Assembly: GCA_047495785.1 (NCBI GenBank)
Contig: JBLDXI010000021.1
Span: 744,001 to 808,000 of the forward strand
Source: Lepidodermella squamata
Lineage: Eukaryota > Animalia > Gastrotricha
Length of the DNA stretch: 64,000 nucleotides
Direction: 5' to 3'
Shown here one piece after another: positions 11,992 to 25,101 of this stretch. The stretch's first letter is position 1. The number at the start of each line of letters is the position of its first letter. The position numbers and the translations under genes were made by a program. Below the pieces are notes generated by a model. The model searched no databases and was not told the DNA's origin. It worked only from the letters and a program-made list of their open reading frames with translations.

Positions 11992-12458
11992 ATTCCAAAA
12001 CTCTTTGCTCCTTTTTACATTCCGGATATTTTCTAATAATACGGTGCCTCTGTCTATCCTTCAAAAACTCGCTGAAGTACTGTATTACTGCTGCTTTGTG
12101 TATGTCAAAAGCGATCAAGGTGCGTAAAATCAATGCGCTCTCCTTTCTTTGTTGCGTATAGTAACTTTGTATACAAAATTTGAATGAGATGAAACTCCTT
12201 GTCCATTGCTCAATAATGCTGAAAAAATAGAATACTCTGATAATGATATTATAGTTTCCAAACGTTTTTGCGGCAACTTCCCGATGTTGATAGTTTTGAA
12301 AAACTGACCATCTTTCATTTTTTGAAATAAAAGTAAACGAAGCCCGAGTTCAATTTTACTCGTCGTTATTTTATATAAATAAAAAAATCAATTTGAGCGT
12401 AAAAAATTGGGCTGATGCTGGGAGCAGAGTAATTATGCGGTCAATATTCCAATGTAAA

Positions 12459-14122
12459 TCAAAGTTCAGCTAATTTTAAATCGCCGAGGGTATCTGGTTC
12501 TGTTACAACGAAATGCGATAGAATCGGCAGAAATACGACGATGAGCGAATTCATGGCAGCGAGAACAAATGCCCAGCCGAAGTGGCATTCCGAGGGTTGA
12601 GCCGTAGTTGTTGAGGTGGACGGGTGAATGATATCTCCGGTCGCAAAATCAATGAAAGCCTCAGCGCTGATCTCAGGAATCGCTGGCGACGTGCTCGGCG
12701 GCAGGGTCGACGCGAAAATCGGCGGCGGAAAATCAACCTTAATCGAGCGATCGGGACAAAAAGTCGCCGCAGTATTTGAAGTCACTGAAATAATTTGTTA
12801 TTAAGTTGGAAAATTATATTGATATCAATAAGACTTACTGACTGCGGGAAATACGGCGATCGCCAGTACGAAGAGTCCCACTGAGGATACAAATTAAAAG
12901 CACATCGATGAGTGAAAAATTGTTTACTTGACCCGGGGTTTACAAGCCGAAGATTATTGGCACCTATAATTCCGTCTGAGTGCTAATCATAATAATATTG
13001 GCAAATAACCAATAATAATAATGGCGCAGTTTGTTGTTGTTGATCGTTACACGTCTCATTTCCGGGCAAATATTCGTACCCGGCGTTATTTTTACATTAT
13101 TATTGCGGTTGTAAATAAGGCGTGACCGTAACAATGCGAAATGCCCCAATATATTGTTAATTATATCGCCGATAGTTGTTGATGTTCATAATTTGGCGCG
13201 CCGCGGTGGGATAAAAGCTGCATCATTAGCACCTGGTCGTTGTAGGTATAGGTGCATTTGTAAGAATAGCGGCTAATCCAACCGTATAAACGATCCTATT
13301 TGCTGAGTCTACCTTAATCCGTCTGACCTGTCATTTTGGTATTAGCCCGTGAAAGCCTTTTCGACTGACTCTGGCAAACGAAATGGAGCAAGGTAAACTT
13401 ACAAGCTGCTAGCTGAACCAGGCCAGCAATCCGACACAGCCGACGGACATTCAAATCGAATTCGTTAAGGAACATTAAAACGACAGCAACAATAGCCGCT
13501 AAAAAATAATGAAAAAATAAATAAAAAATCGATCGATAATTTAAATAAAAAAATACCTAGACAAAGTAAGGATGTTCCAATCGCATAGAAAACTCCAACG
13601 ACTTTCCAAGCGGCTTCGCTCGTGAAAATATCCGAGAAGTGGAAATAAGTTCCGAACATCGAGCCGCAAGACGTCATTGTTACAAACGCGGTTGAATGCT
13701 GCTCTGTTGTTTGTGCCAAATGAACTGGTTTGAAAGTAGCCGTTTGATTGGCAAGTTCTGAGGCGTTGTAAGTTCCGGCTGGGAGAACTAAACTTCCATT
13801 CGGCGGATTTCCGATAACTTCGAAGCCTCCACCATCCACAACTATGACGTCAACTATAGCCCCGGTTAGAGGGTCTAACCAGGGTGAAGACGATTCCGGC
13901 GTTGAGAGATCGCCGTTATAAACACAGAATCCATATAACCCTGAAAAAAAACTATTTATAATGAAGTATTTGAATAAGCTGAAAAATCTTACCAAACGAT
14001 TTTCGAGCAACGTGATTTACGACCCAAAATGGTTGCATGAATGCGAAAATCGCAGCCGTCGCGCACAAAATTGATACCGTGACCCATATGACCAAGGTTA
14101 AAGACCATAAGGTGAATGCCAT
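12459..14122 (-). CDS. LHFPL/TMEM211-like tetraspan membrane protein with enlarged extracellular loops
   Basis: Five exons (~14122-13993, 13939-13559, 13498-13403, 12880-12838, 12784-12459). TM1 WSLTLVIWVTVS..FMQPFW; GLYGFC; CG..FGTYFHFSDI..AWK; TM3 ..IAVFP; C-H-F-G-W-A-F-V-L-A before TM4. Confidence 0.8.
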
Positions 14123-16355
14123 GTTTTTGATTAATTGCAATAATTAATTCTAAATTAACGAAGAAGAGGTGAATAATAATTTTCACACTTTCAAAAGTGC
14201 GCGCACAATAAAAAATTAGCAGACGCCTCTTGATGAGGAGTAATTTGTTGGCAAATAGCTGCTGCTATATACGGCTTAAAACTATTTAATCCGCAGCTTT
14301 TATATTTAAAAGATACAGACTCTCTCTCGCTAAAAGAAGTTGTATGGCGTCGCTATGCTATTAATGCGATTTTAACGAGAGACGGCCGCGCTTCTGAGAA
14401 AGCGCGCGCAAAAATTACTAAACTGTAGTGGTACCTACAGCGCGAGGCGTGTTGTATGAACATTACGGCTACAAAACACAGCGCGCAGTGAGTAAAAATT
14501 ATAAATAAGTATACAGAGTATTTATATCGCACTCACGCGAAATACATAGGCGTCGCCGTTTTGTTGGTTTTCTGGTGCCAGCACCGGCCTTGCATTTGTC
14601 ACGTCCGAGGCGCGTCTCATTCGGAAAACAGTAGTTAATAACGGCTTGCTGTAAAAAGCGACGCTACTGTTTGCGCCGCTAGTAACAGATAAATCGAGTG
14701 CGCTCGGAGTTTCGACACAAGTCAAACAACACGGTGTTGACGATGATGATGATGATGAACGCAAAATCAGAGCGCGCCCTGCTAATTAAAGTGCGCTGAT
14801 AATTCGAGTGTGACTGCGCCTTGGCACATCCTTATTAGCAATATATTGTAAGTTGTGATGATGTATGCTGTTCGGGATTACAAATCGCGATTATTTATCA
14901 TAAACGCGTGCTGAATATATAACTCCAGGGGTCTCGAATCGATTGCTGATAATGATGCAGATATAGAAGAATAAGATAGGAAAACAACAAATAAATTTAG
15001 TGCGTTTGACCACAGTTCCTATGAACGCTAATATAATGCACAAAAGCTGCGGAAAAATAGCGATCTCGTGTCGTCGTTGAGAGGCCCCGTGTCGTCTGCG
15101 CCCGGGCAATATCACATATAAAATTGTTGACAGAGCTCTCGACAGTTCTATGTCACTTTGTTTGTGCGCGGTCGCACAGTTTCAACCGCAATGATCTCTT
15201 GCACTTTAGCGATGGCCCCGCGCGCGCTGATGATCGGTCGGCAAACAAAAACGCCCACACTTTACAGGCAAAAAGCGAGACAATGCGGGAAGCCACCATC
15301 AGGCCCTAGCTATTTATTGTTATTACTAGCTGGGCTATTATCCGCCACATTTACCCGCATATACGCGCTCAGGTATACATGGGCTAATTAAACGACGCGC
15401 GCTGGTACCGGCTGAAGGCGTCATTGCAAAACATCATGAACTCTCGCGTATAAAACACGGCACATGTGCCCCTGAGCGAAATATGGATAATAATAATAAT
15501 AATTAATTCAAGTTACGAAGTATTCGAAATAAAATGCCACTGGCACTAAGGCTCGCTCTCACATTGACCCTGACACCATCTCACTCGCATCTAGTTTATA
15601 GATAAATAACAAAAAATAGGTAAGTGATAATGGCCGCCGTGGGCAAGAAGCGGAAATGCGAGCGCGCTCATCATCATCTACCAACCTGCAATAAAACGAG
15701 CCGCTGCTGTTGTTGCGCGTGTTCGGGAAATGATTATATCAACAGTACCCTTACTATGCCCACCTTAAAACGCGCTGGGATTAAAAGGGGCCGGGCGGCG
15801 CTTGCTTGTCTGGTAACCTGTCTGAGAGTGATAAACACGGCTAGGGCCAATAGCGCACAGATATAGCATGGAATAAGGCGAAACGAAAATAATAACAACA
15901 CATTTTGTAGCGACTGCAGCAACATTTATCGCCTTCGGGCACCTGATGCAGTAACAAATAACAACAGCGTTAATGCGCATAAAATATTGCCATAAAACAT
16001 CAAAAGAGATTGAGACATGAATCAAACAAAAAATGGTAACAGTTTTATTGTTGCTCACGTTATAGGATATGGTATAACCAAGGATGAGTAATACAACGTA
16101 CCATTCACCAAACGTTTTCAAAGAAAAAATTTCGAAAAAACGTTCATGTTATTGCTGTCCGTGTATAATAATAATTTTGAAATATTAATAATCAATCAAA
16201 GGTATTGCCAGTAGGTAATAGCTGCCTCAGGCGATATATGATCGGGATCACAATAGGTTTGAGATTATAGGTATTTCGCTCATTAATTTTAGTTAATTTG
16301 TGTGTGGTCACTCTCAATTTCACTGAGATCATTATTTTAGAGACAGATCAAGTGC

Positions 16356-17474
16356 TCATTCGAGCTTCTCTTGTTGTTGGATTGGAAGAGAGATGGCGGG
16401 GTAAGGAGTACGCTGCTCGTTCTAGCCGTATCTTCGGCTGATGCGTTTTCGGGTTTTCGTGTCTTCGATGCGATTTCGGCGCCAATTTTCTTCATTGCCG
16501 CTCGTATACGGCTGCGTTCAACATGAAGTGCCTAAAAATTCAGAGGTGGCGATGAATACAAAAAATACAAAAATTATTCCCTCACCTGTCTTTTCTCTGT
16601 AATTTCTTGAACGCTGCCTGAAATGGCGAGCACCTCTTCGCATCGTAGCTTGATCAGCTTGGCAAGCTGTTCCTGTCGCATTTGCTCGTCTTCACTGTCG
16701 ATCATTTCCATCGCCAAATTGTACTACAACAGCCAAATTAAATTATTAAACACCAAATTGAATTAAATATTCACCTTGACGAGCTTTTGCACGAGGGTTA
16801 GAACTTCGAGCGGTGGGTTGTCTTGCTTGATCAGCGATCTATCGATCAAGTTAAGATTTTCCAGTTTTCGAAGCTGAGCAACAATAGTGAAATGGTTCCA
16901 AGGCTGTAAAACACAATCATAGCTTCGAGTTTTGAATAAAGAAAACCGAATCGATTCTAGTTACTGTAGCTTGTTGACCTGAAACTAGCAGTTCAGTCCG
17001 GTATTGGTAGTATTGAGCTAGAGATGCGAAATTGATCGATTTTTGCGACAGCGACGACGCCTCGCTAGTGCTTCGAGTCATGCTACCATTCGAACTGTCG
17101 ACAGGCGATGGCAAAAACTGCGATGTTGACATGATAGGTTGTTGGCTGCGGCTATTGACAGTGTTCGATTGGTAGATGGCGTGACGCTGTGGGTAGTTGT
17201 GATTGTGCTGGTGGTTATGGAAATAGCCCGAATCCCCCGAGTCGCCTAGGTATAAGCTCGACATATCTCCGGTGTTGCATTGATGATCAGTCGTATCACC
17301 GGCCAAGTCCAGCGAGTTGTTCATTAAGGCGGACGGGCGGCCTCGGCTGTTGACGGGCGACGAGGCTAACAAAGGCGCCGGAAGCTCTGCTGGCTGGTCA
17401 CACGGCGACAGAGGCGACAGGAAAAACGTAGCCGACGGCGCTGCCGGCGGAGACCACAGCGATCTCGACGACAT
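16356..17474 (-). CDS. Uncharacterised protein (~315 aa): disordered SP-rich N-terminus, helical/coiled-coil C-terminus
   Basis: Four phase-0 GT-AG-joined exons (~17474-16965, 16903-16775, 16723-16586, 16531-16356) give a continuous ORF ending EKLE*. No family recognised. Confidence 0.7.
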
Positions 17475-18367
17475 TGCAGCTGTTTTCGTTCGTAATAAGT
17501 TGTTGTTTTTACAGCGGGAAATCAATAGTGAATTTTTGTTTATAAAATATGTTCACAATTTTTGTAGAAAATAAGTATAAATAATATAATAAATTAGTAA
17601 TGCGATAAATTAACGGCTAGGACCTTAATAATCAGTGACCAACTTAATTCCTAGTCGACGCTGAAAAAAGATTTCAACTTTTTCTAGAGCAGCATCATCC
17701 ATTTTTTGACAAAATCGCACTCATTGCAGCACGCGATTATCAAGGTCGTGTGCTTCTCGCGTGAAATCGCGCGTCCGATACGATTCTCACCTTCGTTACG
17801 TAACATCAACGTGGTACATGCATCGCGTTATCCTGGATGTCAAGTGTAACTCGAATGGAAAATCTTTTTTATTTTATTTCTCAATGAAAACTTGATTATC
17901 GTTAATATCAGTTTTGGTTATTTCGTGGCGACAATCATTTTGTTGCTGATCTTTGATTATAGTTGTATCGTGGTTTGATGAGATAAAATATCACTTTTTG
18001 ATAGAAGAATAAACTGAGTTTAGCTTGAACAAAAATAAAAACAGCAACCGAACATACGATGCGTAAAATATTTTCCACGTAGGTATGCCTTGCGTGTTAT
18101 TTTTCAGTCTCTACGTATCATCATCACATCACAGGGGCAAGGAGCGATTTTATGATATGACTACTTCCAACATTTTTACGCACAAAAGTGTTGCTACAAT
18201 TCTTACTCGAAAGGGATGAAAGGATGAAAATAATAAATGAAATAAAGTGACAAAAAAATAATACAACATTCAACGTTGTCGAGAACATTTCTTCCGATTT
18301 TTCCGCAGATAGCAACATCGAAAAGCCGTGTGATAAAATGTTTTCAGGAATAGGAGATCGTGATATT

Positions 18368-20297
<1,930 letters not shown>

Positions 20298-20533
20298 TGT
20301 GCTTATTCTAAATAAACATATGTATAACAGTCAATTCCATGTCGTATAGCATGATCATAATGATTTCAATACACACAAGCCACAGGTTGCAACAAATTAT
20401 AAAAATAAATGTTTCAGTGGAGTAAAGAATCGAAATAAATAGCATGAATCGTGAACCATGTCGGTACCCATTTTGGAGGCTTCAGTTAACCTGCGGTAGC
20501 CAAGGATTATTACACATAAATACAGCTTTTCGC

Positions 20534-20547
20534 GTTGCTAAGGTTTG
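20534..20547. promoter_or_regulatory. Possible RFX X-box half site in the divergent TEKT1/PEX12 promoter
   Basis: GTTGCTAAGG ~240 nt upstream of the TEKT1 ATG; the second half is imperfect. Confidence 0.3.
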
Positions 20548-20897
20548 AATGACAGTTTCTATGCAATAGAAAAATGTTGTTACAAAATTTAATAACGTTT
20601 GAAAATCAAAATAAAATGTCAATTTGGTTTATCAGTGAAAAATAAGAAGTTGCAGATTTTTTTTGTAGTATAGCTTTCGCCGCTCAAGGAATCGTTTTCT
20701 CCTGCTGGAACTTGAACATCCTGTAAACGGCCGCGGCTTAATTCTGCAGCGTTTCGGTGGCACCCTCTTCTCCGAGACCCGGGACGAACTTCTGAAAGCA
20801 CTGTTAAAATTATATGTTCACCACCTATTATATCATCTGTTAAATTGGATTTCTTTATCAGGTATACCTTTTTATCAGATTGAGTTTAGCTAGAAGC

Positions 20898-22042
20898 ATG
20901 GATGCTAAAGTAGCATTGACTAATGTAACTGAGTTGCCCAACATATTTGACATTATATCTGCCGAAAGTGTCACTGGAGAACTTATTCCTTTTGTTTCAA
21001 AGCTATTAAATGCAAGTAGTGGCTTAAATCTATAAAATACTTATTGAGCGGCTGTATTATTTTTCAGGTGTTGTCTTCGAGATACACCGCTTATGGAAAC
21101 TTCGTCAAGAAGAATATCGATGAGATAGTGTTTTGCCTCAACCTTCTCGTAGAAGCCCGCTATTTATTCAAACACAGTAGGTTGCTGAGATTCTAATTGT
21201 TTGCGGCTGAGTTTTGTCATTCAAGATTCTTCCCTTGGTGAGCACTTTTACGAACTAGTGCGCGTGAATAAGGGGAGTGGAACCGGTCTTAGTGGTTCCT
21301 CCAAAGTCAGATCTTTGATTATCCTGGTATAATCGCTTCTTATCTGAGATTTGAATGGCTAAATGCTGAATATATTTTATCCCAGGTTGTAATTCCTTAT
21401 ATTCACCAAAAGCTCTCCAAGTTTTACAACGATGTGATCGCCGCGCTAACCGCTTTTCAACGAAGAGCAGCCCCGGGTGCTAATCAACCTGCCTCCGCCG
21501 AAGTGCTACGCTTTTACATAAATTTTTCAAATCGTGTTCGAATGATTTATGATGCTATCGAATTCGCTCTCAAAGCAATGTATTTGTTGAAATACGCCGA
21601 GGCACCTTCGATTTGGTTATACCTTGCCGGTGTCCGACTTAGAAAAACATCTATTGCCCCTACAGGAGGGGATAGCTCAGGAATGTTTTCCGCTATTTTT
21701 GGTCGACCCTTTTCTGACTTATTTACTCGGTTTTTTGGCGTCGCACTGTTTGGGCTTCGTGTAGCCAGCGTTTGGTCTCAACAGCAAGACGAAAGGCAGC
21801 GGAACGAAGCTGTTTCTCTGGTTGACACGCAACGAAATGTGAAGCCTCCAAAGAAAGATGATCAATTCAAAAATTCTGCTTGCCCTTTGTGCAATGGCGA
21901 GCTTGTGACACCCACTGTCGTGCCTGCCTGCGGTTTAGCTTTCTGCTTCAAGTGTATTTACAAATACGTCATCGATAACGGATGTTGCCCGATCACCAAA
22001 ATACCAACTGCGCCAAAAGATTTGGTGAAACTGTTTTTGTAG
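20898..22042 (+). CDS. PEX12: Peroxin 12 (Pex2/Pex12 domain plus C-terminal RING)
   Basis: Exons ~20898-21011, 21068-21176, 21226-21326, 21386-22042. LPNIFDII, DEIVFCLNLLVE..YL, GEHFYEL.R, VVIPY..KL; RING CPLC..PTVVPACGLAFCFKCI..CPITK..LVKLF. Intron 1 uses a GC donor. Confidence 0.9.
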
Positions 22043-22125
22043 CTTGCCAAAATCAGGCCATCAGTTTCATCGACAATATGATATTGATTATTTTGACTTC
22101 ATTTATTGTTCTTCATTCTAGACTG

Positions 22126-24941
22126 ATGACTTGCAATTTAAGTTTATTTGACACTAGTCTGGAAAAGGTGGTCGAATGTCTGGAGAAACGATATTCGAAT
22201 TTTCTCGGTCCGAAAATCTACACGAATTTCGGCAGCATTTTAGTTGCTGTCAATCCTATTTTCTTGTCCAGTGAAGAGTACGCTGGCCTTTATGGACCTA
22301 GCGCTCTTTCCAACAGCAATGATGCCCATATTTTCGCCATAGCAAAACGGGCCTTGGATATGATTCGCCCAGGTTCGCAAGAAACCGTGGTTGTTATTGG
22401 CGATAGCGGCAGCGGGAAAACTGTCACTGTCGGCCATGTTTTGGATTATTTGACCGCCAACTCACGCTCGGTTAGCTGAAATTACGGTTGCAGATTCGTT
22501 CATTGATATTTTTTGTTTTTAGCCGATTTGCGAAACGTTCTATCAAAAAATCTTGAAGGCGTCGCACCTGATGGAACTTTTTGCTAACGCTCAAACTTGT
22601 CTCAACACGAATAGCTCTCGTTTCGGGAAACTCATCTCGCTGGTCTACAACTGCGGGCCTGTCCCTCAATTAGTTGGCGCAGAAGTGGAAGCTTTTTTAC
22701 TCGAAAAATCACGCGTAACGTCGACCCCAGAGCCTGAAGGCTGCGGAGAAAACTTCCACATTTTACGATTGCTTGTTTCGAAATTGGAGGATCCGGCATT
22801 GTTCGAGCGAGTATTCGGATTTCGGCGTCAAAAATTGGTATCTGGCGAATTTTCATTCAGAGTTGCGCCTTTCTGTCCAAATTTAACGGAGAAATGCTTT
22901 TCTTTCGATCGAGCTCGCCATTTGCTGCAAATCTTCGGATGCGACGAGGAAACGCAAGCCGAGATATTTAAAACTCTCTCAGTCATTCTTCATCTTTGTA
23001 ATTTGGAATTCATTTCTCGCGACGAATCGATGGGATGCGAAATTGCCTATCATTTGCCAAATGTTCATACCTCTGTCTTGTCCCTCCTTTCCCTATTGGG
23101 AATATCCGATTGCCGAGAAATTCAACAGGCTTTGACTACGAAACCAGTGTCAGCTTTATCAGCTCGAAGGCAGAGTGTTTATCGTAAACCGTGCGGAGTT
23201 GGAGAATCCGAAGGGCGACGAAATTCACTGGCTCGTCTTCTTTACTCGCAACTTTTCGAATTTGTCATGCAAAAGATTTGCTCATCAGTTGCCGCAAAGT
23301 CGTCGAACGCAGGAAAGGAATCGCGAATTTCCGTCCTTGACATTTTTGGGTTCGAAAATTTCGAAAGAACTCACAACGATTTCGAGCAGTTATGCATAAA
23401 CTTTTGCAATGAGAAAATTCAGCAGAATTTTGCTCGCATTTGCATAAGTGATGTTAGGAAAGAATTAACTGCTGAAGGCTTGTCGCAAGATTCTGGCGAG
23501 TCCAGCTACTCCGAGAACGATTCAGTCATTGCGCTATTCGAAGCGTCACCCTCGGGTATTTTCTGCATTTTGGACGAGAAATGCCGTTTAAATAGGACAG
23601 GAATCGCCTCTCCGAAATTGGCACCGATCGCATTAATGAGTGGCAAAATGACAAAATCAGTGGCCAACACATCGCCATCTCTTCAATCAAGTGATGATTT
23701 CTACCAGACCTTATACCACAATTTTCGATCCGGTTGCAACAAAAAGATCAAGCTTTCAACTGTCTCTCAACAGTGCCAATTCACGATATGTCATTACGCT
23801 GGCCCGGTTGTGTATTCTTGTGAGAATTTTGTCGATAAGTCAAGGGTAAGACTTGTTATAATTATTGTTGATAAATTTTCTCAATTCAATGTTTAAGGAT
23901 GATGTTTCTCCTGATTTAGTCGCCTTTTTCTCGCTCAATGTGAAAAATTCCTTCGTTTCTTCACTGCTGAGTGCGAAGGCCAAATCAGAAACAGTGAATA
24001 AAGCGACTCCATTAACACCTCAATCGACCAATAGCGACGCGATAACTGTTCGAAAGCGCAGCCTAGCTGCAAAATATCGATCGGCGACCACTCAACTCGT
24101 CAATTTTCTCAACAATTCGACAAATGTTCACTATGTCCGTTGCATCCGGCCTAATGACAAGCCAGCAAGTGTTGAGAGGAGTGTCGCGGATCGTTCCTTC
24201 TCCGCGGAGCACGTTTCAGCTCAACTAGCCAGCGCTGGTCTTGTCGACGTTCTTCGCCTAGCAAATGCGACTGGGAAATTGACGCGCCGCCTGTCTTATC
24301 GAGCGTTTGCTAACGGCTTTTCGCAGCTTTTCAATGTTTTCAACGTCGATTTTGAGCCGGGTGTTGACGTGGAAGAAGCTGAGGATAAAGAAAACTTGAA
24401 TAAGGTGGAGAAAATTGTGGTAATCCCCGACGAAAATCTGAAGCGGCAAGTTCGTAAATTCTGTGATATTTTCGCCCTTCAACCGAATGACGAATTGTTT
24501 TTCGGCAAAAGCAAATTGTTTCTCAGTGATCAATTGCTTTCGTTTTTCCGACGCCTCCTTCTATTCGTTCAAAGGTCTGCCGCCTTGAAACTTCAACGAA
24601 ATTTCAGGAAGTCACTTGAAAGGAAAAGGCTGAAGACCCAGATGGATTTGAAGAAAAACTGCGATTTCGTTGACATTCCAGTTGAAGCTAATCACGACGA
24701 AGTATTTGAAGATTTGTTGCCGCCTCCTCTTGTTTACAGCTCATCTTACGTGCCTGATTTTTCTTCGTTTTTCATCGGCGATGGAATAATCTCAAGACGG
24801 CGCCATTTTTTGACGTCCAACGGCCAAGCTAGCGGGCTTTTTTGGTTCCATGTCAGGCCGAATCCGTTGCTTCCGAAAGCTCATGTTGTCAATTCAAAAC
24901 TTTTCTTCCAACGCTCCAGCGTCACTGACTGCCTCGATTAG
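22126..24941 (+). CDS. MYO19: Unconventional myosin XIX (mitochondria-associated myosin)
   Basis: Exons ~22126-22470, 22523-23844, 23898-24941. P-loop GDSGSGKT, NSSRFGK, DIFGFE, FEQLCINFCNEKIQQ, HYVRCIRPN; one IQ motif; short tail DGIISRRR...FHVRPNPL resembling the MYO19 MyMOMA tail. Confidence 0.85.
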
Positions 24942-25101
24942 TAATCGTGTTTTTTCATCTTTCATAATTTTTGACTTTCATTTTTCTACATGCATGAGGT
25001 TGTTGCCTGTTTTTACCCGTGATATTACAACAAGCTTTGTTGTTGCTTTGTTTTCTAAAATTTATCGCGTTTCTTTGATAGGTATTTTATTATTGAGTAA
25101 C

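Noticed and set aside
14200-16300. Short ORFs and CGCG-rich sequence upstream of the LHFPL-like gene
   Set aside because: No coherent exon chain or protein motif; probably regulatory or UTR sequence.
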